NCBI GenBank assembly: GCA_963669175.1
Contig: OY769902.1
Location: 1,312,001-1,376,000, forward strand
Direction: 5' to 3'
Source: a bacterium
GTDB taxonomy: Bacteria; Electryoneota; Electryoneia; Electryoneales; Electryoneaceae
DNA: 64,000 nt
In this document: positions 20,070 to 29,600 of the stretch, piece after piece
Position numbering within the stretch: the first letter of the stretch is position 1
Layout: every line of letters begins with the position of its first letter
Program-made: the position numbers and the translations under genes
The notes under the pieces: model-generated
Databases searched by the model: none
The model's input: the letters and a program-made list of their open reading frames with translations, nothing else
What the model was told of the DNA's origin: nothing

Positions 20070-21827
20070 ATGCCACGAAACCTCCTGTACATGATAGTCG
20101 TTGTGTTGATGTTTGCTGCCCCGGTATGTGCGATGGATATTTTCCAGGCAATCTGGCAGGATGAAGTCGACAGCCTTACCACCCTGATCAATGCTGATCC
20201 CAAGGCCAAATTTCTGAAGGAACGGGATGAAGCGGGACGTTATCCCCTTCATGTGGCGGTAGTTGCGGATAATGAACGCATGTTTGACATGTTGCTGGCG
20301 CGTGGCGGCGATATCAACATGGTCGATAAAAATGGGCTTACTCCCCTGTTGTATGCAGTAGTCACCGAGAACCTGTCTTTCGTAAAACACTTGCTTGAAT
20401 TGGGAGCAAATGTTGCTATTGTTACTCCGCATGGCGACTCAGGGATCCATCTTGCCGCCGCCAGAAACAACACAGCCATTATCGAGAACCTTGCAGCGTA
20501 CCATGGCGACCTGAACGCTGCGAACGAAACCGGGCAACGTCCGCTCCATATCGCTGTGACCATCGGACAGCCAAACCTGATCCATTTCCTGATTGATCGT
20601 GGCGCCGATCCGAACCAGGGCGACCGTGATGGCATCACGCCGCTTCACCTGGCTGTCATGCAGGGTAGTCCGGCGATGGTTACCCTGCTGCTGGATCGTG
20701 GGGCAGCGGTGAATCTGCAAACAGCCTCTTCCTTCGACATACCGGCCGGACGTGAAGGAACTCCGATACACTTGGCAATCCTGTTCGATCGTTCGAGAAC
20801 ATTGAAAACACTTTTCGACTACAGCCCGAACACACGAATCCAGAACAAAGCAGGCTATACCCCGTTGATGGTCGCCATTGATGAAGGCAACATGGATATG
20901 GTTGACCAGTTGCTGCGCGCCCGTGCGGATGTCGAGAACAAGGAAGGCTTCCCGACACCCATGGACCAGGCGCTGGAGTTGGGCAGCTTTGAACTGGTCG
21001 ATCGTCTGATCCAGTATGGGTACCCGGTAAACCGTCCGAACCCGAAGGGACGGCCGCCGCTCAACGAAGCGATTCACCGTGAGTATGTGGATATCGTAGA
21101 ACTGCTGCTGGACAACGGCGCGGAAGTGGAAGGCACCGAGACTTCTGAATACCCGATGGATGTGGCGATGGATGTACGCAACCTGGCTATTATCGATCAC
21201 CTGATTCTTGCCGGAGTATTCCTGGAAGCTCAAAACGAACGTGGCAATACACCACTTCGTACTGCGGTAAATAATGAGGATATTCCGCTTGTGCGGTTAT
21301 TGTGCAACCGTGACGCAAATGTCAACGAATTCACAGAACAGGGGGAATTGACCCTGCTGCAGACCGCGATTAAAAAGGGAAATATCGAGATCACACGTAT
21401 GCTGATTGAAAGCGGTGCTGAAACAGAATGTGGGGAAACGCTGGAAGATTCGCCGATCTTCATGGCGATGGACGAAGGTTACATGTTTCTCGCGCTTACG
21501 TTGGATGCTTATGACGCCGATGTGAACCGTCGGGACGTGGAAGGCAATACTTACCTGCATTACGCGGCCCAGATGAGCGATGTTCGCATGATCGGCCTGT
21601 TGATGGATGCCGGGGCGGATGTGGACGCGACCAATGACATGGAAGAGACACCGTTGCATCGTGCCGCTCAGAAGGGAAATGAGGAAGCGGTGGAGATGCT
21701 GCTGGCGTATGGCGCGGATATCAACGCCGAAGATGCAGCCGGGCAGACGCCGCTCGACGTGGCGCGCGGTCATGCACAGGAACTGCTGTTCCTCTACAAT
21801 GCCCGGAATGGCAACGCCGAAGAATGA
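20070..21827 (+). CDS. Exported ankyrin-repeat protein
   Basis: Signal peptide, then many 'GxTPLHxA...LLxxGA' repeats. Confidence 0.92.
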   Translation: MPRNLLYMIVVVLMFAAPVCAMDIFQAIWQDEVDSLTTLINADPKAKFLKERDEAGRYPLHVAVVADNERMFDMLLARGGDINMVDKNGLTPLLYAVVTENLSFVKHLLELGANVAIVTPHGDSGIHLAAARNNTAIIENLAAYHGDLNAANETGQRPLHIAVTIGQPNLIHFLIDRGADPNQGDRDGITPLHLAVMQGSPAMVTLLLDRGAAVNLQTASSFDIPAGREGTPIHLAILFDRSRTLKTLFDYSPNTRIQNKAGYTPLMVAIDEGNMDMVDQLLRARADVENKEGFPTPMDQALELGSFELVDRLIQYGYPVNRPNPKGRPPLNEAIHREYVDIVELLLDNGAEVEGTETSEYPMDVAMDVRNLAIIDHLILAGVFLEAQNERGNTPLRTAVNNEDIPLVRLLCNRDANVNEFTEQGELTLLQTAIKKGNIEITRMLIESGAETECGETLEDSPIFMAMDEGYMFLALTLDAYDADVNRRDVEGNTYLHYAAQMSDVRMIGLLMDAGADVDATNDMEETPLHRAAQKGNEEAVEMLLAYGADINAEDAAGQTPLDVARGHAQELLFLYNARNGNAEE

Positions 21828-21956
21828 TGACTCACAGGATGCAAGGATACTGATGGAAAATTGAGACTGCCACTCTTTTCGCTTGTGAGTATGTTGTGGA
21901 TTGTGAACCATGTTGAATTTCAGACTCTGGGTATTGCTTACTGGAAAACATGTTAC

Positions 21957-22100
21957 GAAAAGGTGGCTGTCCCGGCATTTTCCTGCGTGGAACTATCCTG
22001 TATTGCAAGCGAAAAATCTGGTACAGTTACCTTTTCATCAAGACTGGTATGATAGTCCTGTAGTTGAAAACATGAAAAGGTAACAGTCCCATTTTTCGGA
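21957..22100. repeat. Degenerate REP-like palindromes of the same family as 65-254
   Basis: GAAAAATCTGGTACAGTTACCTTTTCA and TGAAAAGGTAACAGTCCCATTTTTC form an inverted pair. Confidence 0.55.
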
Positions 22101-22240
22101 AGTTTATACCAATAAAGCCGCACAAGATGAAACCGGACATCAGAAGATGAGTGTAACTACTGAAGGTTCTGTCAGCTTAACTTGAACCGCATCGAGAGTC
22201 GTGGTTTGCGAGTTTACCATACAAATGTGAGAGTCCGCCC

Positions 22241-22354
22241 ATGCGCTTCATCCTCGAACTCATTTCATGGATTGTTGATCCGATCCTGGGAATTTTCGGA
22301 TGGTTTGTCAATGATGTCATCCGGGTGGATCGTGAGACGCGTCGGAAGACTTGA
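22241..22354 (+). CDS. Putative 37-aa hydrophobic peptide
   Basis: MRFILELISWIVDPILGIFGWFVNDVIRVDRETRRKT, read from the sequence (below the ORF-track cutoff); weak SD. Confidence 0.35.
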   Translation: MRFILELISWIVDPILGIFGWFVNDVIRVDRETRRKT

Positions 22355-22544
22355 TGAAATATTATCAATAACTTAAACTGTTCAGGCTTTGAGGATAGTA
22401 GCGCCCTATTAAAAGGAGCATTTTGTGTCTGGAAGTGTTGCGTTCAATAAGATTTCCAATTATATTTGGCAAAGTAGTTATCTTAGCGAAGTCTCGCTTC
22501 TCAACACCCACATTCTTCATTCCCACCTTCCATGGAGGCTAGTT

Positions 22545-22913
22545 ATGCCGACGAACCACTCTCTCCAAAAGCCACCTCAAGCAAAACAACCCCAAAAGGA
22601 AAAATCAAGAACATCTTTTGATATTCTTGTACAAGTGTTCACCGAAAACCTTCGATTCATTCTTTTTGGCCTTATGGCGCCAATTGCTTCATCCATTATT
22701 TATATCGCAACGCACAGTATTGTTGCGGTATTTTTCACAATAGCTACGATGATGATAATAATCTATTATCCAGTCGTTAAATCAGGTATCAATCACAGTA
22801 AAACCTTTCATCTGAATATGCAATTCTGGAAATCGATATTCAGTATTGACATGGAAGTTGATAACGGCAAAATAAGCACAAATACAACAGAGCAGAAGGA
22901 CGAAAGGAAGTAA
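22545..22913 (+). CDS. Hypothetical two-TM membrane protein
   Basis: GGAGG SD before MPTNHS; two hydrophobic segments; AT-rich. Confidence 0.55.
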   Translation: MPTNHSLQKPPQAKQPQKEKSRTSFDILVQVFTENLRFILFGLMAPIASSIIYIATHSIVAVFFTIATMMIIIYYPVVKSGINHSKTFHLNMQFWKSIFSIDMEVDNGKISTNTTEQKDERK

Positions 22914-23185
22914 ACAAAGTTCGGGAGTATTCCTGATGGAACTGAATCAGGTAGTCCAAACGTATAACCTATGAACGGAAGAAGTCGGGTGGATGATAAC
23001 CAGAAGATAAACTCCAAGAGTCAATACATTTATTAAGGTTTATAAACTCAAGCTTCAGGAATCCAACGGTTTCTCGGTATTCTGTGTCTTATCTCGCATT
23101 TTTGCTCTTCATGTTTAAGATGTTGATATATAACAAGCAAGGGATTCACAATGTAAGCTGCGCCCGTATTCGCCTAACAGTTGAC

Positions 23186-23214
23186 TTGACTTCGAGTTAA
23201 AATTCTACTATTAT
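23186..23214 (+). promoter_or_regulatory. Sigma70-like promoter
   Basis: TTGACT-17 bp-TATTAT upstream of the HTH gene. Confidence 0.45.
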
Positions 23215-23367
23215 TCAATAGGAGTACGATTTGATAACGAAACGTGTACGCAAGTGAAAGGAATAGAGAGATAATCCTTGCTATTTTAGTGGACCAGCAG
23301 TATACTCTGAGTGGGTGCCATGTACGCTTAAGGTGTACTGACAGAAAATGGCAAGGAGGACATAAAG

Positions 23368-23979
23368 ATGTCAGGAACGGAAAAAAAACACTCGGAAGAA
23401 GTGAAGGTCGGCGCAGAGAATTCGGACGCTGATTCGGTTGGAGAGTCAAAGAAGCAAAAACAGAAATCGGTAAAGAACAAGGGCAGTAGTGGCATTTTGC
23501 CGTTGGATAAGTTGGTGGCTGCTATTGTTGGGCTGGGTTTTTCGCAACATCAAATAGCGCAGATGTCTGGGATTTCAAAACAGTACTTATCGAAGATCCT
23601 CAGCGAAAACCAATGTAACAATGCTCTTTATGTGATACTGCTGACCATCAGACGCAACAAAGTGTCAATCGCTTTCAGTCTAGGAAGAATAGCTCGTGTA
23701 CTGCTACTCTATGGCGAAATGCCGAAGTCAGAAATCGGTTTTTGGAAAAAAGACATTAACGCACTAGTAAACAGTTTTGAAAAGTATGCACCGCCCATTG
23801 GTAGTGAAGGAGATTTCATCTTGTTACATCTGTTGGCGACATCATTACCACCTGCAGTCGGATGGCCTCCGAAATATGTAGATCTATCGGATGCCTACCA
23901 GTGGACTGAATTCCAGCGCGGTATGTATGCAAGCACTGAAAACAATAATATGGAGGCTTCCGAGCAGTCGTATTTGTAA
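23368..23979 (+). CDS. XRE-like helix-turn-helix domain protein
   Basis: AAGGAGG SD; 'GFSQHQIAQMSGISKQYLSKIL' HTH pattern. Confidence 0.65.
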   Translation: MSGTEKKHSEEVKVGAENSDADSVGESKKQKQKSVKNKGSSGILPLDKLVAAIVGLGFSQHQIAQMSGISKQYLSKILSENQCNNALYVILLTIRRNKVSIAFSLGRIARVLLLYGEMPKSEIGFWKKDINALVNSFEKYAPPIGSEGDFILLHLLATSLPPAVGWPPKYVDLSDAYQWTEFQRGMYASTENNNMEASEQSYL

Positions 23980-24377
23980 GTTGTATTATACCCCTGGCTT
24001 GTAAGATCAGGGGTATTTTTGTCTCAAAAAGTTTCTCGAACAACATAACTGGAGAGGAGGTGACTTTCATCTAGATCATGGCGAACAAGCGGATGTTCTT
24101 CTGGAGCAGAGCATTTATTTCCACAATCTACTCCAGGATCAGGGGGATAGAATGTTATCGTCAAAGATATATACAACAGAGTGTTAAGCGTTAGAACGCC
24201 CCTGTGACGTAAACATTACTGTTAAGGAGTAACTCATGATTTCGTTTATTGAGGTTGAAAACCTTCAAACTGCAGTACCGCTTTGTAAGTGTAGTTGCAG
24301 AAAACACGGGGTTGGTACCGTGTTAAAGTCTCACTCGCGCCTCCTGTGGGACGTGGGAAAAAAAGGAGTAAAAAAGA

Positions 24378-24788
24378 ATGCCGGTCGACGAGGAGAAGAC
24401 GGTTAGCGGGGTAAGAAACATCAACGACACATTGATCATTATGGGGGAGTACGAAAACGGAATGCGGCTTGCAATGGATGGTTTCAGAGAGCTTGAATTT
24501 CGGGCCTGGCAGAATGATGCACCAGACCTTTCTTCTGAAGAGATGTTTCGGTACGAAACTTACATTGCAACAAACACGATGTTGCGTCTTCGCAACAAGT
24601 TTGAAGGTGTGAAATACGTGAAAGCGACATTGACTGCTGTGGCGCCAAATCCTGCTGTTTGGCCACACGCGTTGGATAGCTGTGTGATACTGGAGGAGAG
24701 TGTAAAAAGGATGGAAGCAACATACATTAAAGCAAGGTTCACGTTGGTGTGGGGGAAGGGATTACGCGAAGATGGTTCGATTGTCTGA
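24378..24788 (+). CDS. Hypothetical protein
   Basis: AGGAG SD; followed by a terminator hairpin. Confidence 0.6.
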   Translation: MPVDEEKTVSGVRNINDTLIIMGEYENGMRLAMDGFRELEFRAWQNDAPDLSSEEMFRYETYIATNTMLRLRNKFEGVKYVKATLTAVAPNPAVWPHALDSCVILEESVKRMEATYIKARFTLVWGKGLREDGSIV

Positions 24789-24819
24789 GGTTCTATTCAT
24801 CATCGTCCGGGCCAAGCTC

Positions 24820-24854
24820 AAACAGGGTCGTTCCACATGGAAACGACCCTGTTT
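24820..24854. terminator. Probable bidirectional terminator
   Basis: AAACAGGGTCGTT...AACGACCCTGTTT perfect stem between convergent genes. Confidence 0.75.
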
Positions 24855-24876
24855 GGTTATATAGATTTGCGTTCTC

Positions 24877-26154
24877 TTACGCCTTTTCGACGATGATACC
24901 TTTCTGCAGGTTGAACTGGTAGTTGATTTCGCCCATGCTACCATAACGGTTTTTAGCGATAGCCAGACGCAGCGCGCGCGGGGTAAGCTTGGTATCGATA
25001 CGGCGCATACGTTCGGTACCGTGTACGTTTTCACGCAGCAGCATGGCGGTGTCAGCGCTGAATTCCAGTTCGCCGGATTCCTTCAGGTCTTTCAGGGTCG
25101 GTTCTTCATAGCCTTCACGAGTCAAACTGGAGACCACGACCACCGGGCTCTCGAGACGGAAAGCCATGTCACGAAGCTGGCCGACCAGGCCGGATACGAT
25201 ATGTTCGAAGTTGATCTTGTCTTCGCTGTTGGATGCCCAACGCTGCAGGTAGTCCACGATAATCAGGGCCTGCTTGGAACCGGTGCGGTTCATGGTCTGA
25301 CGGCACATGGATTCAAGCTGCGGTACGTCCAGCGTGGCAGTACCTTCCACGAAGTGCAACAAAGCGAGCTGATCCTTGTACTCTTCGTAGACTTCCATGA
25401 GCTCTTCATGGTCTTCTTCGGAGTACTTGCCGTCCGCGTATTTCTTCATGACCAGGCCGCCCTTCTGGCAGAAGATCTTCAGGGTCAAACGCCAGAGGAC
25501 TTCGTCAAAGCTGACGAACACAACCGGGGTGCCATTTTCGACTACGTAAGAGGCTACCTGGAGCATGAAGGTCGTTTTACCCAGACCGGGACGACCGGCG
25601 ATAATGTGCAACGCCGGCTGCAAACCGCCCAACAACTCATCCAGTTCGGGGAAGCCGGTGTTGACACCACTGCCGCCGCCACGACGCTTTTCCAGGTCGC
25701 CCATGATCTGCGGGAACAGGGTTGTAACTGAAAGTGAACGGTCTGTACGGAAATCCTTCAACAGCGCATTGGCCAGGTTAATCTGCTTGGTCATGTGCTC
25801 AATGATGGTTTCCGCTTTTGTGTTGGCATCATCCAGGTCTTTGTCGATGATGGTCGGCAGAGCAGCGAGCTGACGTTTCTGCCAGAGGTCAACCAGCTTG
25901 CGCGCAACCTCGAGATGTTCTTTTGCCGGTGTCCAACCTGCCACACTGGGCATTTCACCGTCTTCTTCCATGGCCGTTTCGATGGCGTTACACATCTGGG
26001 CGTTTTCTGTGGAATAGAACACGTCAGAAGAAATGATTCCACGAACATCGAAGTACGCTTTAGGTTTGACAGCCATGGCGGCCAGTAGTGACCGTTCCAT
26101 TTCCAAGTCGACATGCTTTTTCTGTGCATCAGTCATCGTCGCATGCTCTTGCAT
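24877..26154 (-). CDS. DnaB-like SF4 helicase paralogue
   Basis: 'TGFPELDELLGGL', Walker A 'GRPGLGKT', 'IIVDYLQ', 'DLKESGELEFSAD' and 'AKNRYG'. The N-terminal domain is shortened. Confidence 0.88.
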   Translation of the reverse strand: MQEHATMTDAQKKHVDLEMERSLLAAMAVKPKAYFDVRGIISSDVFYSTENAQMCNAIETAMEEDGEMPSVAGWTPAKEHLEVARKLVDLWQKRQLAALPTIIDKDLDDANTKAETIIEHMTKQINLANALLKDFRTDRSLSVTTLFPQIMGDLEKRRGGGSGVNTGFPELDELLGGLQPALHIIAGRPGLGKTTFMLQVASYVVENGTPVVFVSFDEVLWRLTLKIFCQKGGLVMKKYADGKYSEEDHEELMEVYEEYKDQLALLHFVEGTATLDVPQLESMCRQTMNRTGSKQALIIVDYLQRWASNSEDKINFEHIVSGLVGQLRDMAFRLESPVVVVSSLTREGYEEPTLKDLKESGELEFSADTAMLLRENVHGTERMRRIDTKLTPRALRLAIAKNRYGSMGEINYQFNLQKGIIVEKA

Positions 26155-26691
26155 CTCTCGTCTCCGCGTTGATCAACCTACATCTACCGGTACCGTGAAG
26201 ATCGGACATTGCCGTACCGTTACGCACCGTCCCTTTAGCCGAAAATACATGGTACACTCTCGAATTACAATTATCAAGACGAGACAAAAGACAAGTCATC
26301 ATAAACCTCCTTTGGAACAAACCGTCCAACTCTCAAATGGAGGCTGAAAATTTTGTGTGACAACAAGCAATTGGGTATAAAAAATGCTAACTTACATTTC
26401 TCAAACAGTTGCTGTGCTGAGCAAAGAAGAAAAAAGATACACTGTACGAATGCTGGCCATCTCTGATTCGGGCTGACATTTTAACGCTTGAGTAATCAGG
26501 TGTTGACTGTGAGTTTCCATTTACAGTAGTTTATGTGTTGCAGAGTCGTGTTTGAACTGGTGTTGGTTGAAGTTTGTACAAGCGTCCCATTTTTGTCTTG
26601 AAAGAACCGGCCTCTTTCACAGAGGTATTCCTTTAGGGTTTCATCAGTAAATGGTGGGAAAAACGCGAAACATAGAAGCAAGGAGAAAAAC

Positions 26692-29600
26692 ATGAGAGTT
26701 GCACGAGTTGTCGGTATGTCATTGCTCGCCGTGATGCTTGGTGTAGTAGTGGCAAGCGCCGGCATGTTTGATCAACTGGACAAGGCATCCTACTATGGCC
26801 TGCTTGACGATGCCAAGCAGATTTATGCCAATGGTGGTTCCTTAACAGACATGCAGTATTCGATTCTCGTCCGCGAAGGCGTCATTCGTGAAGGCACGGA
26901 TGAGCTGGATGAAACAGGCGGTCCTGACGGATACGATTATTACTACATCGACAGTGCCGAAGATGACGGTCCGACCTACTCCTGGATCGACATCTCCGAA
27001 TCCGGCACAGAGATCACCCTCGGTGATGATGAAGCGCAGAGTGTTGCTCTTCCCTTTACCTTCACCTTCTACGACAACGACTACACGTCGGTTTACATCA
27101 GCTCGAATGGTTTGCTTGGTTTCTCGGAATCCAATGTTGACGAGTATACAAATGCGACCATTCCATCCGCTGACGATCCTGACAACTTCTTCGCACCGTA
27201 TTGGGACGACTTTGACCCATCCAGCGGTGGCGACATTTACTACGGTACAACTACCTATAACGACATGGACGCCTTTGTAGTCTCATGGGTAGAGGTGCCG
27301 CCGTATAACGGTACAGCCACACAGTGGGCCACTTTCCAGGGTATTCTGTGCGAAGACGGCAGCATGGTAGCCCAGTACGCAGAGTTCGGCGCCACATGGG
27401 CCGGAACTCCTACGATCGGTACAGAAAATGAAGATGGTACCGATGGCTTGGAATACCGCTACAACACAGAGCCTGAAGCTGGATCAGCGGTCATGTTCTA
27501 TCACGAAGCGCCGGAAGGTGTCAACCTGTACATCACAGATGTAAGCATTGACCCGAATCCTGCTGCTCCCGGTGGCGACATTACCGTTTCAGTCACGGTT
27601 TACAATCATGGTGAAGACGATGCCGGTGAGTTTGATGTTGAACTGTTCGCGGACGAAGACACTGCCCCGGAAATGGGCGATGTCGGCGATTATACCTGGA
27701 CAGTGGAATCCCTGGGCTCCTTTGAATCCACAATATTGACCACAACAGGCAGTTACGACGAGCTGGGCGCCTATGATGTTTACTTCATCGTAAACACGGA
27801 CCAGTCAGTAACAGAACGTGACTACACGGATAACATCACCGGTCCGGTAACAGTCAATGTCGGCCTGCCCGGCGTTTCCGGTCTCGTTGGTGAAGTAAAT
27901 GCTACCGGCCTGGTAACCCTTTCCTGGTTGGAAGCAGGTGAAGTATCCGATTATCCCGGTTTTGAATTTTCACCGGAAGCGAACTGGGAAGTTGATGGTT
28001 CCGTTGCAACCTTTACAGGCACCGAGCTGGCCAACTGGGCCTACGGTTACAATCCTGACGTAGACTACGATGACCATGTCATCGAAGCGAGTGTTGCCCG
28101 TCTCGACGGCAATGCTTCTTCCTCCATTGCCATCTTCACACGTGCCAGTGGCTCGCTGGATGATGAATTCCACGGCTACCTGTTCCTGATGACATCCGGT
28201 GGCTCCTATGGTACTGCCTGGATGGACGGTGAAGGCTTCGGTTGGTTCACCAGTTGGACTGCTACCGATGCGATTAATACAGATCCTGAAGCTGTCAACG
28301 TGATGACTGTTGCCATGGATGGCTATAGCGCCACTTACTACATCAACGGTACGGAAGTAACCAGCTTCACCGATGGAGATGAACTGTTCGCTGATGGCGC
28401 TTTCGGAATCGCGACTCACGACGCCGCAGGTTACGACAACGTCCTTCAGTGGACCGGTTGCTCCATCAACGCGAATGCCGTACTGGCTGCCGCGTTGACC
28501 CATGAAGAAAATGCAGTGGCAGGTTCCGACAGTGATGACAACCTGTTTGTTTCTTCACAGCCAATTCAGAACAACTCCGGCGTGGAGCCCCGCGGCTTCC
28601 TTCGCGGTTTTGGTCTGGACGAACTGGATGAGTTCCTCGGTTACAACGTCTATCGTGATGATGTCATGATCGAAGAAGAAGTTGACGACACCACGACAAC
28701 CGATCAGTTGGAAGCTTTCGGTGAGTATTCCTACTATGTGACTGCCAGCTACACTGAAGGTGAAACTGATCCTTCCAACACAGTCACCATTATCTGGACG
28801 AACCCGGAAGCCGTTTCCGGTAACGTGACAGAGTGTACCGACATGGGCGCGGCCCTTGAAGGTGTGGAAGTCTATGCTGACAACGTCCTGGTTGCCACAA
28901 CAGACGTGAACGGTGATTATGCCGCGGCGATTGATCCGGGCACCTACGACATCACCTTTATGCTGGACGGCTACATTGATACCATCGAGGAAGACTACGT
29001 CGTAACCGGCGCATCCCAAACTCTCGATGCCGTCATGCTGTATCCTGAAGGCGATATCGCGATGACGGATATTGAAATCACCGTGAAGATCGGTGACGAA
29101 GGCGACTCAACAGGTACGGCAGTTGTCACCCTTGGCAACACCGGTTGTGGCCCGCTGAACTACACTGCGATGCTGAACGTGATCGAAACTCCGTACAGCA
29201 ATGGCGCAGTCGCAGCAGCCCATCCCGCCATGAACAACAACACGCCGCTTCGTCGTGTTGGCTCCATCAACCTCGCCGGTGAAAGCGCCCCGGAAATTCG
29301 TCGTGGTCCGGTCGATGTGGCCGCCAATGAACTCGACGAACTGTGGGATCTCTTTGATGGCTTCACCTACGATGTGTCCGGTGACGAGTTCACGGGTGTC
29401 ACTGGCGCGCTGGTCTTGTCCGACAGGCTTATTACCTGTGAATGGGGTTACAACAGCAACTTCGGTTACTACGAAATCGATTTCGAAGGCAACTTCATTG
29501 TCGATACCGACTTCCCGGCCGCTATGCAGGGTGTGCGTGACTTCGAATGGGATGGCACCTACATTTACGGCGCCAACCGAACTGATGGTAGCGTATATCG

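Noticed and set aside
25630-25660. ELDE in the DnaB paralogue (and FELDET/VELDST in the 1045-aa protein) as processing motifs
   Set aside because: The DnaB case is part of the conserved TGF..LD motif in a cytoplasmic protein; the others sit within repeated structural modules rather than linkers.
22150-26154. Intact prophage or ICE
   Set aside because: No integrase, structural or conjugation genes, and no att repeats seen.
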